From positions 82,956,001-83,020,000 of the forward strand of contig OX597815.1 in NCBI GenBank assembly GCA_951406725.2: a DNA stretch of 64,000 bases. Reading direction: 5' to 3'. The stretch is from Octopus vulgaris. Taxonomy: Eukaryota. This document shows positions 52,964 to 64,000 of this stretch, piece after piece. Each line of letters starts with the position of its first letter. The first letter of the stretch is position 1. The position numbers were made by a program, and so were the translations under genes. The notes beneath the pieces were generated by a model. The model did not search any database, was not told the origin of the DNA, and worked only from the letters and a program-made list of their open reading frames with translations.

Positions 52964-53162
52964 ATTAAAATCATGTAGCAACACCAAATGGCGGTGTCCC
53001 AGCATGGCCACAGCTTGTGAGCTGAAACTAGATTAAAAAATTAAATAAATAATATATATATATTTATGTATGTGTGTGTAGGTAGGTAGCTGCAGGGATG
53101 AATAGATAGATAGATAGATACATAGATAGATAGATAGATAGATATATAGATAGATAGTTAGT

Positions 53163-53233
<71 letters not shown>

Positions 53234-53328
53234 GTAGACAGACACTCAGACAGATAGATAGATAAATAGATACGTAGATAGATAGATACGTAGATAGATA
53301 GATAGATAGATAGATAGATTGATAGATT

Positions 53329-53390
<62 letters not shown>

Positions 53391-53674
53391 GAAACGTGAG
53401 GCAATATATATACGCATAGAGAAATTCCTGGGTAGATGTGTATATAGACTGTCAGCTCGAAGAATGAATGGATAGGCCAACCTATAGAGAGTTGGTAAGA
53501 GAAAATTGAAGTGAATTAAAATAAATATACAAGGAACATCTATTTTTAAAAGAAACCTTTAAGTTTGCCAATGCTGGAAATTCATCAAAACGGCTATGAT
53601 TTCCCAATAGTTTCAGACAAATTCTTATCAAGAAGTTTGAATGTGAATTTTGACAATCTATTATTAAAATGTGA

Positions 53675-53732
<58 letters not shown>

Positions 53733-53928
53733 CAGATATCCTTCAAAGAGAAGCAACAGTGTAAAATAATATGAATGAATATATATTCTACTACACAAAA
53801 TAAAACAAACATAAAAAACAATTTGAAAAAAACACTCTCACTTTCTCTTGTTCCCCCTTCATTCTTGTTTCCTCTCTCTGTATGTTTGTATCATGTATTA
53901 TGTATGTATGTATGTATGTATGTATGTA

Positions 53929-54108
<180 letters not shown>

Positions 54109-54557
54109 CAGGTCATCATCATATATGTATACATAACCAATAACCGCTCATCTTTCTTTTCCTGCACGGACGTTCAATGAGCGGACATTTTTCACCCTTC
54201 TCCTATCTTTTCTCTCTTCAAAAAATATTTCTCACAGCATTCACTATTTTTCGCTCGTTATGTTCTAATGATGCTACATGTTTGTTTTGCTCGGTTTCCT
54301 TGTATGTCTGCACTGTCATGTTTTGTTCTCAACTTTGACACTGCATAAATCCTAATTTTTATTCTAGAATTTGTGGGAGCAACTGTTATTGTCTTTGAAT
54401 ACTCGAAATGAAGAGTAGATAGATAGGTGACAACTGATGTAGTTTCCTTTCTCTGTGTTTGCTTGTCGTGTTCTCGCTGTTTATGTATTTAACCGGTTTT
54501 TTGGGTATTTCATGTTGTCTGAAACGTTGGCGATGTCCTGTACTCATATATGCATGT

Positions 54558-54708
54558 ATATAATCAGAATAAGCAACAAGAATGACTCCGGTAATTTGGT
54601 ACGATCGTTTATTTTATTAAATGTTGTAAGTATTACAACAGATTTAAGATGCTGAGTACTCATCAGCCAATTATAGAGGAGTCATTCTTGTTGCTTATTC
54701 TGATTATA
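54558..54708 (-). ncRNA. Decayed hammerhead (54597-54670) enclosed by ~31-bp inverted repeats
   Basis: Minus strand: ttgg CTGATGA ...long stem II... tAAAC gatc GTA ccaa. Flanks TATAATCAGAATAAGCAACAAGAATGACTCC and GGAGTCATTCTTGTTGCTTATTCTGATTATA. Confidence 0.6.
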
Positions 54709-54843
54709 ATCACCCCATGGATTTTCATGGATAACACCATACAAGATTTTGGTGCATCTAAATTAAGTACCATATTCATTTGAATCTAAATTTTTGCTGA
54801 ATTTATATATATATATATATATGTGTGTATGCATATATATATG

Positions 54844-54946
<103 letters not shown>

Positions 54947-55094
54947 GTTATGAGATGTAATGGTGTCAATAAGACCCAAAGGTGTCTTCAAATGCAATAT
55001 CCCTGCATATCTCACATCTATTTGCATTCCTCCACTTCACCCTCTATTTCGTATCTTATCTAAATTAACTATTACTTAACCATTTTCTCAAACT

Positions 55095-55182
55095 GTCCCA
55101 GATGAAGGTATATAAAAAAATCCTGCAAACAGCTGTAAGATCTATTTATAAACGTTCTAAAATCTTCACATCCTTGGTTTGA
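55095..55182 (+). ncRNA. Decayed hammerhead plus downstream pLTR sequence
   Basis: CAGATGA agg...cct gcAAAC agct GTA agatct; the downstream sequence is homologous to 24330-24372. Confidence 0.5.
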
Positions 55183-55654
55183 TATATATATATATATATA
55201 TATATAAATGTATGATAAATACAAGATAAATTTGAACCACTAATACACTAAGTACGTCTTGACGTTACAACCCCTGCAATGTGTTTCCATTGCACAATTG
55301 AACGTTGAGCCACAACAGCTTTTCAGTGCAAAACTTTCTTATGGTATAACAATTTGCAAAGAATGCAAATGACAATAATGGAGAAACGTGTGTAGGGAAT
55401 AAATTGTATAAAGTTCGTCTTGTGTTTATCATATCTTTTTTTGTACATCCGCTCTGTATACCGTAGCCAGTAATAATGTTAGTTACAGTAGTAACCACAC
55501 CACTAGGCAGACTGGAGGAATATATTGTACGCGGAGCTCTAAATTCATCAGTAAAAGTCGTATATCTAACTGTACACGCGGGAAACTCTCTTTCTCTCTC
55601 TCCCTTTCTCTCTCTCTATATATATATGTGTGTGTGCGTGTGTGTTTTTGTGTA

Positions 55655-56002
55655 TGTAAATATAAAGGTAAAGGTTAAAAATTATTGAAAATAATAATTT
55701 ATACCAGTCGCCAGCATGTGTAAAAATATATCCGTGGACTATAAGTATCTTTGTAATATATATATACGTCTGTATAAAATTATACATGAGGGGAAGAAAA
55801 TGTAAGTGTTCTTCCTACATGTTGAAAAGAGATGTCAAATCTCCAACTCACGAAAAACATAATTATTTATGCACGTTGAATGTAGGCAGGCAGGATAATA
55901 ATTTCATACACGCGTATAACTTATACAGACATTTTTTACACATGCTGGCCACTGGTATAAATTATTATTTTAAATAACTTTTACCCTGTATATTTATATT
56001 TA
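55655..56002. repeat. Inverted repeat, ~80-bp arms with ~180-bp spacer (MITE or pLTR-type fold-back)
   Basis: AAAATAATAATTTATACCAGT.GCCAGCATGTGTAAAAA versus TTTTTACACATGCTGGC.ACTGGTATAAATTATTATTTT. Confidence 0.8.
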
Positions 56003-56560
56003 GATGGTTTAATTATTAGGTCAGATAATTCACCTCTGAATTTCTATTCACTGATGCTTTATTCTGGCTTGGCACTTTGCTTGAGGATATTTGAATTGAA
56101 TTCACGATTTATTACGATAACACTCGATGTGCACGTGTCTCCCTTTTGATACAGTATGTATTAGAGTTTTACAAATATATGTCCCCAAGATCCACTGATG
56201 ATTGATGCATTTAATCATTTATTTATTTATTTATTTATTTAATCATTAATGGTGAAACTTCGGAGTAGGGAAATAACTGATCTCTTTAATTCAACGTGTA
56301 TAAATAAGAATACTTTTTCTGTGATTCGGAGATTTGATATCACTTTTTAGCATGAAGGAAGACCACTTAGTGTTCCTTCCCTTTGTGTATAATTTTATAC
56401 ACACGTATATATTATAAAAAATATGTATATATGTATACTTTTTTGTACTTTCTGCTTTTTCCTATTGTCATTTCTACCTACCCTGGTTGTTTTCTAATCC
56501 ATGATAGTTCGCTAGCCACTATACGTTCTTTATTTTCTCCCCTTGTTTCTTTGTGTGTTC

Positions 56561-56597
56561 CTTCCTTTGGAAGAGCGTAGGCTCGAAACGTTAAAGA
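56561..56597 (+). ncRNA. Decayed minimal hammerhead-like motif in a pLTR remnant (about 56500-56690)
   Basis: cttc CTTTGGA a-gagc-gtag-gctc GAAAC GTT aaag; the downstream sequence resembles 32380-32460. Confidence 0.5.
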
Positions 56598-56699
56598 TTT
56601 TTCACTTCCCGGGCGTTATACTAATACATCTGTTTGTTGTTCTACACCACCTGTCCTCGTCTTTTGTTTTCTTGTTTGTGAATTCTCTGTCTGTCTGTC

Positions 56700-56789
<90 letters not shown>

Positions 56790-57596
56790 CATACATACAT
56801 ACATATGCAATTAGATAGACAGATAGATAAATATATATATGTGTTTGCATGCATGTGCATGTGTGTGTGTGTGCATGAGGGAGTCTTGAATCAACAGCCA
56901 AAGCGACAAGAGAATTCTATAGGAGGTAATATTTGTAAAGCTGAGAAGCTAGCAACTGGCGAAAGCAGATTTGTGTAGCTAATATATTAAAAGCTATAGC
57001 AGAAATGTGATGAACTTATGAGATCTAAAAAGCTCGAAACATGTCCATTACCTTAACTAGTTGATTTTAAATATCAAGTTCAATTCCTGAGGGAATTGTT
57101 TTTATTTGACTGCACAGAAAGAAATACAGTTCGGTGACCTTGTTGAAGTACTTTGAAATTCGCTTTTAAATATTAAAAAAATTGTGGACATTTTATCTTG
57201 AAAGTGTGATGATGATTTTATTAACTTGCCCTTCTCCATCTTATTATATTAATAGATTAGAATATATTGACGTAATATGAATTTCACTTCCAAAAATCTC
57301 GCCCGCGTCATTTTCTCTCAGAAACATTGTTGATAATCAGCATCATAAATTGCCCTATAATGATATATATACATACATACATACATACATGTACACACAC
57401 ACGCACACGCGCGTGCGTGTGTGTACATAATATTTATATACGTATGTATACGTATATACGTGTGTTACATAATATCTGTATACGTAAATACATATATATA
57501 TATATGCGTGTGTGTGTTTATGTGTCTGCTCATGTGTATATACATGTTTTTGTGTGTGTTTGTCTTTATGCATATATATAAACACACACACACACG

Positions 57597-57631
<35 letters not shown>

Positions 57632-57965
57632 GTGTGTTTATATATATATTTATATATATGGGCATCTTATCAAATGAGATGAATAAGTTTTGCTGAGTCT
57701 AAGAAATCTGAAAATACCTTCTTTGAGGCCACCTGCTGACTTTAGAAACAATATCGGCTCATCTTTACATTGTCACTTAGATTACATGTATATTAGAATT
57801 TCAATTTCACGTTGGAATTACTTTCTTTTTTTTTCTTTACTGTTTGTACGGTTAATCTTATCTAACCCACAATTTCATCTCGCTCACTCTTTTTTCTTTC
57901 CCTCCATCACTTTCATTCCCTCTTCTTACCTATCCGTCCCTCACTATATCTATCTATCTATCTAC

Positions 57966-58114
<149 letters not shown>

Positions 58115-58179
58115 GGAGTAAACACATACATGTGAAACAAGGTGGAAAAAATAGTACTCAAATACCAGGGGTAGAGTAA

Positions 58180-58258
<79 letters not shown>

Positions 58259-58637
58259 GCATATCTGTCTATCTGTTTGTCTATATGTACACACGCACAT
58301 ATGTATATACGCACATATAAATATATGGAAAAAGAGAGAGAGAGTTGGAGAGAGAATTTATGTTCTATGTAATACTTGACGGCAGATTTATACAGCACTT
58401 GATAGTTACTTCCTCATCGTTGACTAAAAATCGAACAAAGGAACTGGAAAGAAAAAGAAAATATATCATAGTCAAACAGGATAGATACCAGAGTGCCCTA
58501 CACTTCAAAGAGCACTATCATTTTATCACACCATATATATATATATATATATAATATATGTGTGTTAGTGTGTGTGATAAAATATTACATAGACACTTAC
58601 ATGTTAAATATATATCCATACATATATATGCATACAT

Positions 58638-58696
<59 letters not shown>

Positions 58697-58810
58697 ATAT
58701 TATATTCATTTCCGTATGCATATGTGTGTGTGCATCTATATGTAGGTATATGTATATATAGTTATATATATGAATATATGTATGTGTATATCTATATTTA
58801 TATCTATCTA

Positions 58811-58860
<50 letters not shown>

Positions 58861-58870
58861 TATACATACA

Positions 58871-58933
<63 letters not shown>

Positions 58934-58966
58934 ATATATATATATATATATATATAAATATATACA

Positions 58967-58997
<31 letters not shown>

Positions 58998-59036
58998 ATA
59001 TATATATATATAAATATATACATACATATCTATCTA

Positions 59037-59067
<31 letters not shown>

Positions 59068-59591
59068 GACTGTTATATTTGGGTATATATAAATATTATA
59101 CATGTGTGTGTGTGCATGTATACGACTATATGATATTTTATAACATATATCAGCATTCTATTGTTTTATGCAATGAAATTTTTTATTTGTTTTGTTATTT
59201 TTTCATTTTTTCTCAATTTTCATGCTATTTTTGGTTTGTTTTATATTTATCATTCTCTTCTTTGATACTTATGTGCTGTTTGCTTTTTCCCTTTCATGTT
59301 ATATTGGACGGAGCGCGAGCACCATTTATCTCTTTCAGCACACAAGACAAATAGTACAGTTTCCTTAGAAATGAAGCCTGAAAAATAACAAAAGAAAAAT
59401 ATTTCTCTTGAAATTTAGCCTTTTGATGTAGCAACAATTGAAAGAGAACGCGCTGGGGTTGAAGAAATGAAGAAAGATCGGCACCAGTGCGTTGATCTGC
59501 TAGGTGCACTCTTTAAATCCAGTTCCTTGTGGATATCGGTGCGAAACAAATGTTGTGCTTATATGATATATATACATACATACATGCATAC

Positions 59592-59660
<69 letters not shown>

Positions 59661-59675
59661 TATATACACACACAC

Positions 59676-59710
<35 letters not shown>

Positions 59711-60249
59711 TGTATGTATGTATGTATGTATATATGTAGGTATGTATGTGTGTGTATGTGATTGCTTATGTATGCGTGTTCATGTGTGTGTGTGCGCGCA
59801 TGTGCATATTTGTGTCTGGATGTATACACAAATACACATTATTTTGTAGGTTCCTATATACATACACACTAAATATGCGTATAAACTTGATGTGTACATG
59901 ATATTAGATGCCAAGTATATTGAATCAAGGCGTATGTTAGTATATTTCATGTGCTTACGTGTGTTTGCGTGCGTGTAGCTGGCGTATACTACAGTTCTCA
60001 CAAAGGTTTTAAGTAGATATGCGAGTGAGGTTCCTCATTGATCGAGTGTATGAAAGAGATATTGTAGTTGTAGCTTAGTCTGTCTTAACTCGTCAAACGT
60101 TAAGGGATTCAGGAAGTAAAATGCAAATACATGCTTTACTACACAACTATGTATGTAATTTTTTTCGCAGACACTACAGTTATATTCATGGACAATTGGG
60201 CATACTCAGTTACAGACACTTACACGCAAACATTTTTTATTATTATTCT

Positions 60250-60479
60250 TTAACTTGTTTCAGACATTTGACTGCAGCCATGCTGGAGCAGCACCTTTAG
60301 TTGAACAATCACCCCAGGACTTATTCCTCTTAAGCCTAGTACTTATTCTGTCGGCTACTTATGCCGAACAGCTAAGTTTCTGGGACGTAAACACACTAAC
60401 ACTAGCGATGGCGGAGGAGACAAACACAATCACACCCAAATACACACACACATACATCACACACACACACACACGCACG

Positions 60480-60563
<84 letters not shown>

Positions 60564-60720
60564 CGACGGGCTTCTTTAGTTGCCGTCTACCAAATCCACT
60601 CACAAAGCTTTGTTCGGGCCGAATCTAGAGTAGAAGATACTTGCCCAAGGTGCCACGCAATGGGGCTGAACCCGAAACCATGTGGTAGAGAAAAAAAGCT
60701 TCTTATGACACACCCACACT
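60250..60720 (-). mobile_element. SINE, same family as 24470
   Basis: CTTGTTTCAG.CATTTGACTGCAGCCATGCTGGAGCA and ACTTGCCCAAGGTGCCACGCA. Confidence 0.82.
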
Positions 60721-61304
60721 ATTTTGACATGCATATGCGTTAAAACATAGTACGTTTTTTTTTTTAAGGAAGCGTACGTTCAAATGAAACAATATGTGCT
60801 CGTACCACACGCAGGTTGCCGATTCTGGATGATCATGATGTAAAATAGAAAATAAATATTCACATAAAGAGAATAATCTAAACGTTTCTGACATTTAGTT
60901 CTAGACCCTCTGTAGTTGTCTCTCTATGTCACTTACACATAAGTTTCTGGCTGTAACGGGCAAAGAGTAGACTAGACAACGTCATTAATGAAGTGAAGGA
61001 CGAAGGGACGTTAAAAAGCCAACGGGCTGATTGATTAAATGGATGATCAAGCAACTTATTAGTTAAATGGTTAATTAGTTAAGTAGTAGCGTATTCATAG
61101 TAAAAGTAGCCGAATATTATAATGCGTACGTTTTTTAATGGCAAAAAGGGCTATTCTGATGTACTAGAGCGTCTTTTACAACAAAATTTCACATAAAATT
61201 TATTGCAAGACAAACACAGTTATGACATGTACGCTTTACTAATCCTGTATTTTGAATGTTAGTTGAGCAAAAACGGTTGTATTTACTGTTAAAATAAATA
61301 AATG

Positions 61305-61545
61305 CGCCCTTTTAAAGACTAGCCAAGCTCATGGGCCCGGTTTCCCTGTTTCAATGGCGTATGTGTTCCCCAGCTGGACGGGACGCCAGTACATCGCAGC
61401 GTTACTCATTTTGCCAGCTGTGTGGACTGGAGCAATGTGAAATGAAGTGTTTTGCTCAAGAACACAACGCGTCGCCCGGTCCAGGAATCGAAACCACAAT
61501 CTTACGATTATGATGCTGACACCCTAACCATTAAGCTACCCATCT
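61305..61545 (-). mobile_element. tRNA-derived SINE
   Basis: Minus strand: TAGCTTAATGGTTAGG A-box, GGTTTCGATTCC B-box, CTTGAGCAAAACACTT CORE-like segment, (TTTA)n tail. Confidence 0.8.
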
Positions 61546-62605
61546 ACTGATATCCTTGTATTTAGGATCATTACAAGACGTCTCAAGTTAAATATTTCCC
61601 GAAGTTGAATTCTCCTATCAATTAGGGTTCAAAAAAGATAACAAACAGTAATATATTGGTTGACTATACTGCTGTTACCACAAACTGTTGCGGTCCTGTA
61701 CTATTAAAAAAAACTACCATCTATCTTGTATAATTAAACGAATATATTAAATATTTTATCAAATATATCTAATAGCATTAGCAACAAATTGAAATTTCTG
61801 GGGGATATTGAATCTAGATGATTTATAACTTCGGTATTACGATAATTATGTCAAAAGTGGGTAATCTGAATACCATACGACAAGCAAGTAATCTGAAAAT
61901 ATATCAAAATAACGAGCGTAAAGAAAAAGGGAAACAGAGATATAACAACATTACTTTTCTTAAACGAAAAATCTGACTTTATTAAAGAAACAAAATATAC
62001 AAAAAAAAAAAACATTTTATAGAACAAACGTCTACATATTTGTTTTTTGTTTTTTTTTTTCATTATTTCCAACAATTGAGGAGATATGATTAGAAGAGAC
62101 AACGACCAAAAAAAAATTGAAGATTTCAAATATATGATTCATCAACCCGAAAAATGAGATTTAGGTGGCTGTTCTTTGAAGTAGATGACATAAATAAGAC
62201 AACCGGGTGTTTTGATACAGAATAATTTACGATTTTGTCTTACTGTTTTTCTTTTTCTGTTTCCTAATATTATTTCAAACAGTCCTTTTTTTTTGTTGTT
62301 AAGTTTTTTCCTTCATTAATTCATTAGAGGAGTGTAAAAAGACTTGGTTTGTTGTCAGACGTATATCTTAATACGCTCACATACACGAGACTCTGACACA
62401 CAGACACACATATACAAATATACGCTTACACAAGCATACAAACACACACATGTACATCTATACATAAAATGAGATAGAGGAAGAAGTAGAGCTATACATA
62501 TGTAAATGGATGTGTGTGTGTGTGTTTGTATCTCTCTCTCTTTCTCTCTCTCTCTCACACTCTTGCACTATATAATATATAATATTTATAATATATATGA
62601 ATATA

Positions 62606-62672
<67 letters not shown>

Positions 62673-63544
62673 TTGTAGATGTGCGCGTATTTGTGTGCGT
62701 GTGTATGTGTGTGTGTGTGTGTGTGTGTGTCTGTGTGCGAGTTTGTGCTTGAGCTTGTGTTGCTTCCGCAGCTATTTTTTGAGAAAGGCTTTGTACTCGT
62801 GTAAATGTATGTGTTGTGCGTCCACATGTATCTATGCCTGTGTGCGCGTATATAAACAAAAAAAAAAGTTACTAACCCTACGTTTGTTCATGCTACGTTT
62901 TATGTGTATCGTGGTATATTGTTTGATATATATGAGGTTTGATGCCTCAATTAATTGAAAGAATGAGATGAAGTGAGGCATGAAACTGACATGAAATGAA
63001 TGGAAGACATCTGATTTGTGACAGGGACTACAATTCAAGGGTAGTGTGGCCATGTGATGAAATAGTATATGGTGGGAACCCCCTGACTGAGATTGCAATG
63101 TGTTCTGACTTTTATTTTGTCTTTTTATTTTTAGATGATAACAGTAAGAGAGAGGATGAGAATGTTTGAGTAAATAGAAGTACTGAATAAGCAGATATAA
63201 TTCCATGGAATTTATCCTGTCATTGCTACTATCATGTGCTTTTTGGCAAGTAACTTTATGCTAAAAACTAGCGTTTACATTGATTTAAGTGTAAGCATGA
63301 ATTGCTAAACACGATCATTATACTGGAATTCGATTAAAAAAATTCTCGAAGTAGAAATAAGCGTATACGACCAAGTAATTGACCAGCGTCCCTACTCTAT
63401 TTAGCAGTTTGTTATGCAGAGAGAGAAGTGTGTAACTCCAACTGTAGAGGTCCTTAAGTATTCGAAAAGTCTTTTTAGTTATGAATAATATCCTTTTTAC
63501 TATAAATACAATGCCTGAAATTTTGCGGGAGACGTTAATTGATC

Positions 63545-63680
63545 ACATCGACCCCAGTGCTTGACTGATGCTTATTTCATCGACTCCGAAAGGAAGAAAC
63601 ACAAAGTAGACCTCGGTGGAATTTGAGCTCAGAACACAAGACAGACGAAATGCTAACGATTCTGCAAGCTCACGCCATGC
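63545..63680 (-). mobile_element. Decayed Nin-type SINE
   Basis: CATCGACCCCAGTGC...GACCTCGGTGGAATTTGAGCTCAGAAC. Confidence 0.7.
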
Positions 63681-63874
63681 AAAGGTAGATAATATTAGAG
63701 GGATTTCAATGATTAGTATACTGTTGCTAATAAAGCCTGACATCCAAGATTAGGACTTTTAATTAATAAACTGACTGTTCTGACTATATGAATGCAGGTA
63801 CACAAAGGAAGGTACAACTCGTAACTGAAAGCGAAATTTGCACTGATAAATAAGCTAATACTTTGTGGGTTTCC

Positions 63875-64000
63875 TATGGCATGGGTGCATGGTAAGAGGG
63901 TTACTTCTCAACCATATGTTTTCAGACAGGCCCTATCCAATTGTATGGCATTTTGGGCATGTATCATCTACTACATTTTCGGGCCGACGAAGTTCTTGTG
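63875..64000 (+). mobile_element. Decayed SINE head of the 24470 family, running off the window
   Basis: TGGTAAG...AACCATATG...TGGCATTTTGGGCATGT...CGGGCCGAC. Confidence 0.5.

Larger units (their letters stand above)
48522..53045 (+). mobile_element. Near full-length decayed CR1-group LINE (repeated 5' region, ORF1, APE-RT ORF2, short 3' UTR)
   Basis: ORF pieces listed below; (TA)n on both sides. The 5' boundary is uncertain. Confidence 0.85.

Noticed and set aside
60764-61138. Possible MITE with TTAAGGAAGCGTACG / CGTACGTTTTTTAA ends
   Set aside because: Short, imperfect match that is partly self-palindromic; single instance.

Overview
AT-rich, microsatellite-dense eukaryotic DNA with no recognisable host protein-coding exon. 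The repeat content resembles an Octopus/coleoid cephalopod genome (inference). The window is a mosaic of mobile elements: three Tx1/L1-group LINE pieces, about six R4/Dong-type restriction-like-endonuclease LINE pieces mostly in (TAA)n, one near full-length decayed CR1-group LINE, a Penelope RT/GIY-YIG fragment, a decayed Tc1/mariner element and many tRNA-derived SINEs. Most short ORFs in the track are microsatellite artefacts. The most striking signal is non-coding: about 15 type I hammerhead-ribozyme motifs (intact to decayed), often inside fold-back DNA. The best case is a near-identical 492-bp tandem repeat at 21360-23252, arranged as two opposed arms, with one intact hammerhead with a greatly extended stem II per unit (retrozyme / Penelope-pLTR-like). 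Two SINE families share 3' tails with LINEs in the same window (Tx1 and CR1). All alignments and folds were done by eye.
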